Translations under genes and position numbers: made by a program
Origin: an uncultured virus (IMG/VR IMGVR_UViG_2930745263_000001)
Taxonomy: Duplodnaviria; Heunggongvirae; Uroviricota; Caudoviricetes
Strand: one strand, 5' to 3'
DNA: 64,000 nucleotides
IMG/VR virus record: IMGVR_UViG_2930745263_000001
The notes under the pieces: model-generated
Database searches by the model: none
What the model was told of the DNA's origin: nothing
What the model saw: only the letters and a program-made list of their open reading frames with translations
Shown here: positions 43,866 to 54,167 of the stretch, piece after piece
Layout: the number at the start of each line of letters is the position of its first letter
Position numbering within the stretch: position 1 is the first letter of the stretch

Positions 43866-44762
43866 TCAGAGGGCGGTGTAGGCGTCGCGCCAGGTCAGGC
43901 GCATGCGGGCGGTGTTCGTGTTGTCGAATCCGGTCCACCGCATCTCGGACTGTCCGGGCGGCAGGGAGAACAGGTCGATGCGGGAGGCTGCGGACAGGAG
44001 GGTGGAGGCGTTGCCGCCGTTCTCGCGGGTGACGGTCCGGTAGCCGGGCCGGGTGTCGATCTCGATCCACTGGCCAGCCGTCAGATTCAGCGTCGGGAAG
44101 ACCAGCTGTCGGCCCGATTCGGCGTGGGTGACGGTGACCGTGGCGACGGGCCCGGTGATGCGGATGATGGGCCAGGCGTTCCCGGTGCCAGCGTTGGTGG
44201 CCCAGCCGGGACGGTCCGCGGCAACGGTCCCGGACTGCACGAAGATCGGAGCAGTGACCGGGGCGGCGAACCCGCCGCCGGTCAGCCAGCCCAGCGGGAT
44301 CTCCGTGGTGGAGTCCGCGTCGGCGTAGAACGTCGGGTCGGTGGCGATGAACTCGATATCGAGCGGGACGTAGCCGTGGATGACCTGCGCGTATTCGGGG
44401 TCGACCCTCCGCAGCCTGCCGTTGAGAACCTTGACCGGCCTGCCGGGACGCTTCATCCGCAGAGGCATGGTGACCCCGCCGGCGAGGCGGACTGCCGGGT
44501 CGTCGGCCTGCGCCTGCAATGCGTCGACGACGTCGTGGCAGGCGGCCGGGTCGCCAGGGATCCGCACCGCGGCGTCGAACTGGACCTGTCGGGACGTGTA
44601 GTAGTCGGGGCCGGCAAACACCCCGTCGGCGGATGGCTGGTCGGCGTCGTTGTCGCGGACCGAGGCCCGGCCCAGCCCGGTGGTCTCGATGACCTGGATC
44701 GGGGTGTTGGCGCCCATGAGGACGCCCCCGAGTTCGTACTGCCAGTCCGTGAGCTCAGGCAC
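43866..44762 (-). CDS. Distal tail (Dit-like) protein
   Basis: Follows the tape measure; F-ATDP-FY and NAG...WPIIRITGP motifs. Confidence 0.8.
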   Translation of the reverse strand: MPELTDWQYELGGVLMGANTPIQVIETTGLGRASVRDNDADQPSADGVFAGPDYYTSRQVQFDAAVRIPGDPAACHDVVDALQAQADDPAVRLAGGVTMPLRMKRPGRPVKVLNGRLRRVDPEYAQVIHGYVPLDIEFIATDPTFYADADSTTEIPLGWLTGGGFAAPVTAPIFVQSGTVAADRPGWATNAGTGNAWPIIRITGPVATVTVTHAESGRQLVFPTLNLTAGQWIEIDTRPGYRTVTRENGGNASTLLSAASRIDLFSLPPGQSEMRWTGFDNTNTARMRLTWRDAYTAL

Positions 44763-47700
44763 GGGCGTTCACCCCTCCCCTGCGGACGCGGCGCATCTGC
44801 CGTCCGACCTGTGTGCCGATGTCGGATGCGGATGCTCCGGTGCGGACGGTGGTGACGTTGACGTGGGTGTCGCCGCCCTCGCGGACGACGACGATCTGCC
44901 GGGTGGCTGCCATGTCGGTGAGCCCGACTCCGAAGCGTCCGGCGACGTCGCGGAGGACGTTCGTGGCCTGGCGGCGCTTACTCGCCCCCAAGGGGATGAA
45001 GGCCTCCCCGCCGGTCTCCGGCTCCGCGAAGGTCACCGCGCCACCGTGGGTGGCGTAGATCCCGGACCGGATCCCGCCGTTCGCGTACGACAGGCCTTTC
45101 TCGGCGCGGCCCAGGTCGGCAAGGAACTTCGCCGCGCGGGACCCGAGGCTGCTGCTGATCTGAGCCTTGGCCTTGCTGGCGATAGTGACGATGTCGTCCT
45201 CGCCGATGCCGGTGGTGTCCGCGACGTCGTGCAGACCCGTCTTGCTGGTCTTCACCGCGGCGATGATGGCGACGAGGTCCTGCACCTGATCCTTGGTCAG
45301 CGCACTGTTCGCCTTCTTCGCTGCGGTGTTCGCTGCAGAAGCTTTCTTGTTGTCGCCGACTGCCGACGCAGCGAGCTGGGCGGCGGCCTCGTCGCCCTGT
45401 GCGGCCAGCTGCTTCGCTAGGTCTCCGTACCCGCGGGCCGCAAGGGTCGCCAGGTTCTTCGAGAACGCGGAGTCGGCGGTGGTGGCCTTGTTCAGCTCCC
45501 GGGTGTAGTCCGCCAGCGAGGCCTTCGCCTCAGCGGCCAGGCCACGCAGGGCGGCCGCCATCTCGTTGATGTACTTCGTGGACCCGTTCGCCATCTTCTT
45601 CGTGAGGGCGACCCCGTCCTTACCCATCGCGGCGAGCGCTTCGGCGACGTCCCCGCCGACCCGGTCGGCGACCTTCTCGAGGTCCCGGTTCCACGTGCGG
45701 GTCGCAGCGGAGGCGGACTTCAGCTTCTTCTCGACGGCGCTCAGGTCGAAGTAGGCGACCTCCTTGGTCGTCTTCTTGCCGTTCTTCCCCTTGGTCGTGA
45801 CCTTCTTCGTCTTGTTGCCCGCGGACCCGGCGTCTGTCGGCGAGTACAGGGACCCGGTGTTCGGGTCGTACCGCCAGTCCGTGATACCTCCGTCGGCGTT
45901 CCACTGGATCATCGACGGGTCGCCGCCGAGACGGCGCACTGTCTCCTCAGTGATGGCGCGGGACCTGGTCCGCTTCGACGGGTGGAGGGGTACGTACGAT
46001 TCCCCACCTGTCTCGTCCTCCGCAAAAACACGCCACGTGCCGGCCTTCGCGATGTGGGCGACGTGGCCGTTCTTCGTGTCGGGGCTGGTGCTGCCCCCTT
46101 GCGCGAAGTACTGGGCCCCGCGGATGCCGCCGTTGGCGTAGTAGTCGACGACGCCACCGTTGGCGTGGGCGAGTTGTGTGCCGTGGGATCCGGACCGGCG
46201 GGCTTCCTGCGCGGCCCCGGAGCCCGTGATTCGGTAGTGGGTGGTGATCGTGATGGTCTTGTCGGACAGGCTGTCGCGGGCCGACTTCACGGCACGGAGC
46301 CCGGACAGGGCGCCCCCTGTTCGTGCGGTCACTTCCACGCGGCCGTCAGGCAAGGTCTTCGTCTTGTACCCGAGCGAGTTCAGCATCTGGGTCGCTTCGG
46401 TGGTCAGGGCGTCGACGGTGACCGTTTTGGCGGCCGGTGTGGCCTCGATCTTCTTGATGACCTGATCAAGGCCAGCGATGGCGTCTTCGCTGCGCATGCT
46501 GACCTTGGTGTTGACGTCCTTCGGCATTTTCAGGTACGCAGCAGCAAGGGCTTCGGCCTGTTCCTTGGTTCGGCCTGCAACCATGGCTTGCTTCACGAGT
46601 TGGTCGTGGCCGCGGGAGTAGATCTGGTTGACCTCTTCCCACGGAGCGCCAGAGGCGCGTGCGGCTGTTCCTGCCTCGTCCGTCTTCGTCGCAAGGTCCT
46701 GCAAGGCCGCGGCGGCGTCTCGAGCGCTCTGCTTGTTCAGGTTGAGTTCGTTGCTGCTTCCCTTGAGCGCACCCTTGTTCTTCCCGACGGCTTTCGCTGT
46801 GTCGTCGATGGCCTGCTCAAAGGCGATCATCCCGCCGAGTGCTGACCGGTTCGTTTCGTTCAGAGCGACGATCGCCTGCCGCAGTCCGTCCGCCGATGCC
46901 CTCTGGGCGTCGAGCTTCTCCTTCGTCGCGATGGCCTGCTGCCCGAAAAGGCCCATCCCGGATGCGGCGAGCTGCTGCTCGGCCGCTGCTGCGGCGACGG
47001 CCGCCTTGTACTCGGGAAAGAGCTCGGCAACTTCCTTCGTGGAGTGTCCGGCGTTCCTGGCCGCCGTTTCGATCATCGCGAAGTCGGTGGCAGCCTGGTC
47101 TCCGTAGCCGCTGGACACCATGCCGGACAGGGCATCGTCCATGCTGGAGAAGTCGTCCTTGAGGGCCTTGAAAGACTTCTCACCCTTGGTGAAGTCGGAC
47201 CAGAGGTTGTAGGCGCCCTTGCGGAGGTCCTCAAGTGGGCCGACGGACCCGTCGCCGAAGGACTTGACGTACTCCTCGGACTCCTTCGATGCCTTACCGA
47301 CCTCGCCAATCTTCGTCACGAGGCCGTGAAGGTCCCCGAAGGTGTCCTTGAGCTCACCGGTGAGCTTCCCGGTCTCGGCCAGGTTCTTGAGGGAGGTGGT
47401 GAGCCGGTCGACGTCCGGGGGCGCGCCACGGGCTTTCTCGGCGAGCTTGCTGACACCGACTGCCGCGACGGCAAGGACGCCGAGGCCGATGCTGGCCTTC
47501 GTCATCGCGGACATGGATGCCGCGGTGGCCCGCAGAGTGGTGGACACGCCGGCGGCCCGCATGATGGCGAAGTACGCGCCGAGACGGGCCACGGCAGCCG
47601 ATCCGGTGACCGCGCCGAGGGCTGCGGCGCCCAGGGTGATGAGCTTGAAGCCTGCGTACAGCTGCAGCATCGTCGACAGGAGCCCGGTGGGTATGGCGGT

Positions 47701-49671
47701 GACAAGCTGAGCGAAGGCGTTGACGACGCCGAGGACGCTGACACCCATGTCGGACATGGCGACGAGCAGGTGCGTAACGGCGGAGGCCAGGTTCCCAAGG
47801 GTTTCCCCGACCAGCGGGCCATTCGCGCGGGCGTAGTCGAGGAATTCGCGGAGGTCGGCGCCGACCTCCCCGGTGCCCATGGCTTCGGTGAAGCGGACGA
47901 GAGCGTGCGTGCCACGGGCGAGGGACTCGGTGGCAAACCGGGTGAACGTGGCCATGAACCGGTCGAAGCCTGGGGTGCGCATCCCGCCAGCGGCGACGTT
48001 CAGGAAGTGGTCGAGCTCTCCGGAGGCCCCTTGGACGAGGGGGGTGAACTTGGGGAGGGCTGCGGAGAACAATTGGAGACTCTTGGTGACGACGGGCATG
48101 GTGTCGTCGGCCAACGCATCGGACCAGTCCTTGTACTCGTCCTTGAGGGCGGCCAGAGCGGCGGCGGACTCGCGGGATGCCGGGGGCATCTCGGCCAGCT
48201 GCCGCAGGTACTCCGTCTCCGCTTTCGCTGCCTGCTCTGAGGCGGCCCCGTGCTCCCGCACCGCCTTGTCGTACTTGTCCTCAGCCTCTGCCGCTTCAGT
48301 CAGGGCCATGATCTGCCCGCCGATGGCCAGGCCGAACGCTCCGACTGCTACGCCTGCGGCGCCGAGCCCGGCCGCAATCGGGACGGTGGCGGCGGCGATC
48401 GGAATGAGGGCGGTACCGAGGGCGATGGCCGCCTGAATCAGGTTGCCCGTACCGCGTGACGCGTCGTTCGCGGAGGATCCGACGGAGCCCAGGGCCCCGC
48501 GGAGGCCACCCATGCGCCCGGTGACGCGAGTGAGTGAGCCGTCGAGGTCGTCAAGGTTGCCGCGCAGGGTGCGGGTGTGTTCGCCCAGCGTGTTCAAGCG
48601 GGTGCCAGCACTGTCGGCGCGCCCGGAGAGAGTGTTCAGGCCGCGGGCGGCGTGGCGAGCCCGATCGCCCAGTTCGTCCAGTGCCGCGGCTGCTGCTGCG
48701 GCTCGCCCCCGCAGGGTCCGAAGGGCCCGGGAGGCGTCCTGTGCTTCCTGCTGGATCTGGTTGAGGGCTGCCGCCACCGCAGCTGCCTGGGTGGTGAGGG
48801 CGGTCAGGGCGGTGTTCGCGTTGCCGGCGTGGTCCCGCAGCTCTCCCATCGCGGTGGCCGCGGCGGCGATCTGCGTGGTGTCGCCGTCGAAGCGGGCGGT
48901 GATGTCGACGGGGCTCAGGGCGCGCAGTTCGGCCAGGGCTGTGGTGACGGCGGCGACTCCTGAGCCGGTGTCGTCGTCGAGGGTGGCGCGCAGGCTGAGC
49001 GGGCTGAGTGCTTGGAGGCTGGTCAGGCTGGTGGTGACGCCAGCAATGCCTGTGGTGGTCTGGTCGTCGAGGGTGGCGGCGATCTGGACGGGGCCGAGGG
49101 TCTGCAGGCCGCTGATCGCAGTACGGATGGCTGCGGCCCCGGGGGCGGTCTGGTCGTCGAGTGTTGCGTTCAGGCTGATGGGGCTGAGGGAGCGCAGGTC
49201 GGCGACTGCTGCCCGCACAGCGGCTGCACCGGCCTCCGTGTGATCGTCGATGGTCGCGTTGAGATCAATGGGGCTGAGAGCCTGAAGGTCCGCGAGGGCG
49301 GCGCGGATGGTGGCGACGCCAGCTTCGGTCTGATCGTCGAGTTCGGCAGTGATCCGGACGTGGTCGGCCATGGCACGGATCTGTGCGTCGGTGCTCGCCA
49401 GAGCACGCTCGAGTTTCCGCAAGTCCTTCGCGGCCGACTTCGCTTCGGCTCCCATGGCAAGGAGGCGTGCGGTGGAGGTCTCGGCGGCGGTGCCGAGCTT
49501 CTTGACGGATTTGCCGGTGGTCGCCGAGGTGGTGCCGAGCTGGCGGACCTCGGTCTGGGCGTCACCGGCGGCGGCCGCCAGGGTGCGGGCGTCGGCGGCG
49601 GCCTTGCGGAGCTTCTTCGCCAGGTCGTTGCCCTGCCCGCGCAGTTCGACGCTCAGGTTCCACTGTGCCAC
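44755..49671 (-). CDS. Tape measure protein
   Basis: 1638 aa, Ala-rich and helical; two ANGG...FAE..TGGE..PL motifs. Confidence 0.93.
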   Translation of the reverse strand: MAQWNLSVELRGQGNDLAKKLRKAAADARTLAAAAGDAQTEVRQLGTTSATTGKSVKKLGTAAETSTARLLAMGAEAKSAAKDLRKLERALASTDAQIRAMADHVRITAELDDQTEAGVATIRAALADLQALSPIDLNATIDDHTEAGAAAVRAAVADLRSLSPISLNATLDDQTAPGAAAIRTAISGLQTLGPVQIAATLDDQTTTGIAGVTTSLTSLQALSPLSLRATLDDDTGSGVAAVTTALAELRALSPVDITARFDGDTTQIAAAATAMGELRDHAGNANTALTALTTQAAAVAAALNQIQQEAQDASRALRTLRGRAAAAAAALDELGDRARHAARGLNTLSGRADSAGTRLNTLGEHTRTLRGNLDDLDGSLTRVTGRMGGLRGALGSVGSSANDASRGTGNLIQAAIALGTALIPIAAATVPIAAGLGAAGVAVGAFGLAIGGQIMALTEAAEAEDKYDKAVREHGAASEQAAKAETEYLRQLAEMPPASRESAAALAALKDEYKDWSDALADDTMPVVTKSLQLFSAALPKFTPLVQGASGELDHFLNVAAGGMRTPGFDRFMATFTRFATESLARGTHALVRFTEAMGTGEVGADLREFLDYARANGPLVGETLGNLASAVTHLLVAMSDMGVSVLGVVNAFAQLVTAIPTGLLSTMLQLYAGFKLITLGAAALGAVTGSAAVARLGAYFAIMRAAGVSTTLRATAASMSAMTKASIGLGVLAVAAVGVSKLAEKARGAPPDVDRLTTSLKNLAETGKLTGELKDTFGDLHGLVTKIGEVGKASKESEEYVKSFGDGSVGPLEDLRKGAYNLWSDFTKGEKSFKALKDDFSSMDDALSGMVSSGYGDQAATDFAMIETAARNAGHSTKEVAELFPEYKAAVAAAAAEQQLAASGMGLFGQQAIATKEKLDAQRASADGLRQAIVALNETNRSALGGMIAFEQAIDDTAKAVGKNKGALKGSSNELNLNKQSARDAAAALQDLATKTDEAGTAARASGAPWEEVNQIYSRGHDQLVKQAMVAGRTKEQAEALAAAYLKMPKDVNTKVSMRSEDAIAGLDQVIKKIEATPAAKTVTVDALTTEATQMLNSLGYKTKTLPDGRVEVTARTGGALSGLRAVKSARDSLSDKTITITTHYRITGSGAAQEARRSGSHGTQLAHANGGVVDYYANGGIRGAQYFAQGGSTSPDTKNGHVAHIAKAGTWRVFAEDETGGESYVPLHPSKRTRSRAITEETVRRLGGDPSMIQWNADGGITDWRYDPNTGSLYSPTDAGSAGNKTKKVTTKGKNGKKTTKEVAYFDLSAVEKKLKSASAATRTWNRDLEKVADRVGGDVAEALAAMGKDGVALTKKMANGSTKYINEMAAALRGLAAEAKASLADYTRELNKATTADSAFSKNLATLAARGYGDLAKQLAAQGDEAAAQLAASAVGDNKKASAANTAAKKANSALTKDQVQDLVAIIAAVKTSKTGLHDVADTTGIGEDDIVTIASKAKAQISSSLGSRAAKFLADLGRAEKGLSYANGGIRSGIYATHGGAVTFAEPETGGEAFIPLGASKRRQATNVLRDVAGRFGVGLTDMAATRQIVVVREGGDTHVNVTTVRTGASASDIGTQVGRQMRRVRRGGVNARA
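48870..49355 (-). repeat. About 5 x 30-aa repeat in the tape measure N-terminus
   Basis: Units of ATLDDQT..G...IR.A...LQ.LSP. Confidence 0.75.
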
Positions 49672-49707
49672 CGGCCGGCCCTCCTCTCGATCACGGTTGC
49701 TGCTTGG

Positions 49708-50082
49708 TCAGGACAGGGACTTCTGGACTTCAAGTGCTGCGACGACGGACGCGGGGAGCAGGAGGACTTTCATTCCGGCCCCGGCGCTACCGTCGGGGAT
49801 CCGCTGCTGCTCCTGCTGGATCTCTTCGCATCCGAAGCAGCGGCGGGATGATGCGGAGTAGGCGTACGGGTCGCCGCCGAGGTCGGGGTCCCATTCCTCC
49901 TCGCGGGTCCCGCAGTGGGGGCAGACGGCCCGCTGGTATGCCTGGTAGGCACGGGCCTTGGCCCGGTCGCGTGCTGTCCAGGTACCGATGCCGATGCCGA
50001 GGAACTGGCTGTGCGGGATGCCGTAGCGGTCGCACAGCTCAAGTTCGTCGCGGAGGCGGGCATCGGCGATCAGCCTTTTCCC
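49708..50082 (-). CDS. Tail assembly chaperone frameshift extension (gpT-like)
   Basis: -1 frame after GGGAAAA: RLIADARLRDELELCDRYGIPHSQFLG...WTARDRAKA. Confidence 0.8.
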   Translation of the reverse strand, partial: GKRLIADARLRDELELCDRYGIPHSQFLGIGIGTWTARDRAKARAYQAYQRAVCPHCGTREEEWDPDLGGDPYAYSASSRRCFGCEEIQQEQQRIPDGSAGAGMKVLLLPASVVAALEVQKSLS

Positions 50083-50624
50083 ACGTCCATGCGCACGTCG
50101 CGCTGGATTCCGTAGACGGTGTTGCTGAGGAGGTCTGCCTCGCCCTGGCCCCAGGACTTCAGGAAAAGTTCGGCGTCTTCGGCGGTGAGGCCTTCCTCGG
50201 ACGACGCTGCGATGAGGAGCGGGGTGAGGGTGTCCTTGTTGAAGTCGTAGCCGCCGTCGGCCTGCGCTTCGGTCGGGGGGTGTTCGTTGATGAGGGCTTG
50301 GAGGTCGTCGCGCTCGAGAGCGTGGAAGTGCAGGACGATCGCCTCGTCGTCGAACGCCGCCTGCGCCTGGGACAGCTCTTCTGCCGTCGTCTTGAGGAGC
50401 TCTTGGGCTTCGGTGTCCTTCGGGTCGGCTTTCGCCTGGAGATCGGCGAGCTGGTGCGCCCTGCGTGCTTGGTTCAGCGTCTGCTTGACGGTGTCGTTGT
50501 CGCAGATGGTGATATGCGCGGTGGGCCGGGTCCGGTTGCGGAGGCGTTCGAGCTTCTTCGCCCAGTGGGCGTCGGCGGCCACAGCGGTGACGGGCGGCGG
50601 GGGTGTGGTCTTCCTGGCGGTCAT
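50070..50624 (-). CDS. Tail assembly chaperone (gpG-like)
   Basis: Between tail tube and tape measure; ends ...GKG at the slippery GGGAAAA. Confidence 0.85.
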   Translation of the reverse strand: MTARKTTPPPPVTAVAADAHWAKKLERLRNRTRPTAHITICDNDTVKQTLNQARRAHQLADLQAKADPKDTEAQELLKTTAEELSQAQAAFDDEAIVLHFHALERDDLQALINEHPPTEAQADGGYDFNKDTLTPLLIAASSEEGLTAEDAELFLKSWGQGEADLLSNTVYGIQRDVRMDVGKG

Positions 50625-50731
50625 GCGGGTGGTCCTCCATCAAGGGGAAGGGGGCCCGGCTGGGCACCGACGGGTGCCCCTTCCCGAACACGTGTCGGGC
50701 CCAGCCGGGAGCAGGGGGAGAGCGGCGGGCG

Positions 50732-51529
50732 TCAGCCGCCGGGTGTGGTCGTGGTGACGTTGACCGCGGGGGTGGTGCCGCCGGTCAGGGACGCGGAGGA
50801 GGCAGTCATCTGCGGGACGTCGTCGCCCAGGTACTGGCCGGCGAACGTGACGACGACGGGGGTTCCCGGGTGCGGGCCGCCGGTGCAGGTGACGTCGCCG
50901 GTCTCGACGTTCGACAGGGCCACGAGTGCGGACTGAACCGCGGAAGCCGTGGCGTTGAACGCGATCCCGGACGTGGTCTGCCCGTCGAAGGTGAGCGTGT
51001 ACGTACCGCCGGTGGGGGTGCCGGTGACCGTGACGGTCTGAACCTCGGACGTGCCTGCGGCGGGCACCGGTGCACCCTGCAGCGGGCGGTCAGTGATGCT
51101 GCACGTGGCCATGAACTTCGCGGCCTCGTTGTCCGCGGTGTACTGCGGGGACAGCGTCGCCACACGGATCGGGAAGACGTCCATGGAGTTGTTGCCGGGC
51201 TTGTCGCCCTTGCGGAGGATCACCACGTAGCCGGTGGTGCCCTTCGCGAAGGTCTGCTCGAGGTCGGCTTCCTCTTCGTCCTCGTAGAAGGTGAAGGAGG
51301 ACTGGTCGGCCTTGTCGGAGCCGGGGATCGTCGAGTCGTAGGTGTCCGCCATGTTCGGCGTTTCGATCTCGTTGTTGGTGACGGTCCAGCCGTCCATCGC
51401 TGCGATGTACTCGGAGAACTCCGTGCCGGCGCCCAGCTCGGCGCGGGTCGGGATCATGTTGCTGGCGGCGATCGTGGGGACGAAGTAGAACTTCGACGTC
51501 CCTCGGCGCATGTATTTCTTGACCGGCAT
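50732..51529 (-). CDS. Major tail tube protein with C-terminal beta-rich accessory domain
   Basis: YFVPTIA...PTRAEL..G...TIPG...GYVVILRKG...DVFPIRV. Confidence 0.85.
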   Translation of the reverse strand: MPVKKYMRRGTSKFYFVPTIAASNMIPTRAELGAGTEFSEYIAAMDGWTVTNNEIETPNMADTYDSTIPGSDKADQSSFTFYEDEEEADLEQTFAKGTTGYVVILRKGDKPGNNSMDVFPIRVATLSPQYTADNEAAKFMATCSITDRPLQGAPVPAAGTSEVQTVTVTGTPTGGTYTLTFDGQTTSGIAFNATASAVQSALVALSNVETGDVTCTGGPHPGTPVVVTFAGQYLGDDVPQMTASSASLTGGTTPAVNVTTTTPGG

Positions 51530-51655
51530 TGCGTGGGCCCCTTGTCCCGGGGCGCTGCCTGCTGGCTTCTGGCCCCTTGAAGCGGTGGGTGGGAGTCGGC
51601 CACGAGTGGCACGTCCGCGCAGGGGCCGCCGCGGTGCGGTAAAGCCTGACCGAGG

Positions 51656-52105
51656 TCAGGCGGAGGTCAGGTCGAACCTGAACCTTTGTACGTAACTCAT
51701 GATGGCATCGCCTGGATCATTCGTTGCCCCTGCTTCGATGTCGAGGGACCTGGCGATGTTCCTGGCGCCGGGGATGGTGAGGGTGTACAGCCACAGTCCG
51801 GTTGCCGGGTTTCGGCCGAGGAATGCTTCCCGGGCCTTGTCCGCCATGTATTCCGCCTGGTCGGCTACACCGAAACTGTCGGGGTCTTTGGGGTCGGGTC
51901 CGCTCACCGAGGTCACCTGGTAGATGAAGGAGGCGTCTTCGTTGCGGTCGGTGAACGGGGCCCCGTCGAGGATCGTGACGATGGAGTCCAGGAGGTAGTA
52001 CGGCGGGGCTGTGTTCAGCGGTTTGCGGCTACGTCCGACAGGGCGTTTGGTGGCGTCCGCCAGGAGCTTGGACAGGGCCAGGGTGACGGGCAGGCGGGCG
52101 ATCAT
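51656..52105 (-). CDS. Tail terminator-like protein
   Basis: PPYYLL...YQVTSV...QAEYMADKAR; position. Confidence 0.7.
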   Translation of the reverse strand: MIARLPVTLALSKLLADATKRPVGRSRKPLNTAPPYYLLDSIVTILDGAPFTDRNEDASFIYQVTSVSGPDPKDPDSFGVADQAEYMADKAREAFLGRNPATGLWLYTLTIPGARNIARSLDIEAGATNDPGDAIMSYVQRFRFDLTSA

Positions 52106-52491
52106 GCGAACACCTCCGCTGCGGCGTCGAGCATGCCGTCCTTCAGCAGGTTCTGCATGCGCGGGATGGCGGGTGCGACGTGCGGGAAAGGCGGCTGGTA
52201 GAAGTGCCGGCCGAGACTGTCCGTCATGTTGTAGAACCCGAACTCGAGGCGGCGGCCCTGGGGGGCATCGGTACCGACCGTGCACACCGCGCCGTACGGG
52301 ATGCCGCGGCCCACGGTCCGCCAGGACGACCGGTACTTCCCTGTGATGACGTTCGGTCCCGGCCTGCCGGTGGCGTTGGCTCGGATCATGCCTTTGCCCA
52401 GCTCGGTTGCGTGTGCCACCCGGCGGCGGATCGCCGGCTCGAGGTCGTCGGCAGCTTTGTCGAGACGGTCAGCGAGTTCGTCGGGGGTCAT
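52102..52491 (-). CDS. HK97 gp10-like tail completion protein
   Basis: TGKYRSSW...VGT...LEFG...QPPFPHVAPA. Confidence 0.8.
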   Translation of the reverse strand: MTPDELADRLDKAADDLEPAIRRRVAHATELGKGMIRANATGRPGPNVITGKYRSSWRTVGRGIPYGAVCTVGTDAPQGRRLEFGFYNMTDSLGRHFYQPPFPHVAPAIPRMQNLLKDGMLDAAAEVFA

Positions 52492-52937
52492 GCCGCCTCC
52501 GCAGTGGGCGCATGGTTCTGGTCCAGGGGGGTCTTACGCACGACTTCGACGGTGCTGGCCTGCCCGGCATCGACGCACAGCCATGTCCTGCCGAGGAGCG
52601 CCGTGCGCGCAGGGTCGTGTACGGCGACAACGGAAACGGTGGCCCCGTCGCGAGGGACCGGCGCCGCAAGGGGGGTGAGGAGCGTGTAGCGGGAGCGGTC
52701 CTGCTGTACCCAGGGCTGTCCCGCATCGGTTACTGCCGCCTGGTCCGACGCCACCCCAGGGATCACGGCTCCAGGACCTTCGTAGAGAACGTAGGGGTCA
52801 AGTCGCTCAAGGTCCCCGGTTTCTGGGTTCAGGACCGGTTCGCCGGTGGGTGGCAGCTCAATACGAACGGTGTCCGTGAGGAGGTAGCTGTCGATGAACT
52901 CGGTGGCGGGGCGCAGCCAGTCGTCGAGGGTTGCCAT
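52488..52937 (-). CDS. Head-closure protein (DUF6093-like)
   Basis: LTDTVRI...NPETG...LYEGPG. Confidence 0.7.
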   Translation of the reverse strand: MATLDDWLRPATEFIDSYLLTDTVRIELPPTGEPVLNPETGDLERLDPYVLYEGPGAVIPGVASDQAAVTDAGQPWVQQDRSRYTLLTPLAAPVPRDGATVSVVAVHDPARTALLGRTWLCVDAGQASTVEVVRKTPLDQNHAPTAEAA

Positions 52938-53314
52938 CAGGCCCTCCCCTGCGCCCAGTCGACGAGCTGCTGGAGCATGGCCCGGGTGAGTTCGTGGGGG
53001 GTGCCGTCGAGGTCGTCCCGGTTGAGAGCGGCACGGTGAAGGGCGGCGGGATCGATGTTCGCAAGGTAGGCGGCAATGGCCTCGCCGGGGTCCGCCTGGT
53101 CGCCGACGGCTACGTGGGCGAGCCCCTCGAAGTCCAGACCGCGGTGCGGGGCGGTGTAGAGGACGAGGAGCGGGGCGGCGCCGACACGGTGCTCAAGGTT
53201 GTAGCCCTGCACGGACTCGCTGATGTCGGTGCCGTCGATCGCGATGCTGCCCGTGACGCCGTCGGCGGTAATCCGGACGTGCCGCGACTGGTCGGCCATG
53301 CTCGGGGCGGTCAT
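52937..53314 (-). CDS. Hypothetical protein
   Basis: Coupled within the head operon. Confidence 0.6.
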   Translation of the reverse strand: MTAPSMADQSRHVRITADGVTGSIAIDGTDISESVQGYNLEHRVGAAPLLVLYTAPHRGLDFEGLAHVAVGDQADPGEAIAAYLANIDPAALHRAALNRDDLDGTPHELTRAMLQQLVDWAQGRA

Positions 53315-53796
53315 GGCTTGACCTCCGTGTCCTCGCCGAGGGGCACGGTCTGCAGAACGCAGCGCTCGACGGTTAGAGCTCCGTTAACACCCGGGTCTGC
53401 GAATCGCTGTCCGTCCGCACCCCTACAGAACTCGGTGTACTTGATCCGGTAGCCGCCCTCGTTGCCGTTCACTGCACGCGAATGCACGGTGATCGGCCCG
53501 GCGGTGGACACCCACTTTGGGTCGATGCCGTTCGCCTCCAGCCAGGCGCGAACACGCTGCTTCTGGCCTTCGCTGAGGAGCTGGCCCGCCTCCGTGATGG
53601 TGACGACGCGGCGCTGCACGGGGTGGGGAACGGGCTTGAACTGGGGAGGGACGTGCACCGGCTGGTGGTGCATGAACATGCCCTCGCCTTGCTGCGTCAC
53701 AACCGTGACGACCGCTTCGGCCACACGATCGCCTTCGTCCATGTCGATGACAAGGCCGAGGTCGTCAAGCTGCGCGCCGATCTTCTTCTCGGTCAT
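53311..53796 (-). CDS. Hypothetical protein
   Basis: GAGGAG RBS; ATGA-coupled. Confidence 0.6.
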   Translation of the reverse strand: MTEKKIGAQLDDLGLVIDMDEGDRVAEAVVTVVTQQGEGMFMHHQPVHVPPQFKPVPHPVQRRVVTITEAGQLLSEGQKQRVRAWLEANGIDPKWVSTAGPITVHSRAVNGNEGGYRIKYTEFCRGADGQRFADPGVNGALTVERCVLQTVPLGEDTEVKP

Positions 53797-54167
53797 ACCG
53801 CGCTCCTCGTCAGCAGTGCGCCGTCATCGACGCGGAGCAGATGCTGGACGAGGTGGTACTCGGCGCGGTGGCCACGGGTGCGCTCAGTGTCCTCGTCGGC
53901 TACCGGAGGACATCCGCGCTCGGCTTCGAACCCCGAGCACGGGCCGAGCATCCGTTCCGGGAAGGTCATCCAGGCGTAGTAGTCGGCGAAAGTCTCCGAC
54001 TCGAGCGCTTTGCGGACCTTCCAGAGGTAGGTGTGCTGATGCTGCTCCGTCAGTTGCTCCCACGGCTCCCCTGCGGGGCGACCGGACTGGATGTGCAGGA
54101 AGGGGCGCATGGTCGCCTCGTACATGGCGCGGGCGGCCATGGTCACGGTCTCAGCGGGGATCGTCAC
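53793..54167 (-). CDS. Hypothetical protein
   Basis: AGGAG RBS; GTGA-coupled. Confidence 0.55.
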   Translation of the reverse strand: MTIPAETVTMAARAMYEATMRPFLHIQSGRPAGEPWEQLTEQHQHTYLWKVRKALESETFADYYAWMTFPERMLGPCSGFEAERGCPPVADEDTERTRGHRAEYHLVQHLLRVDDGALLTRSAV

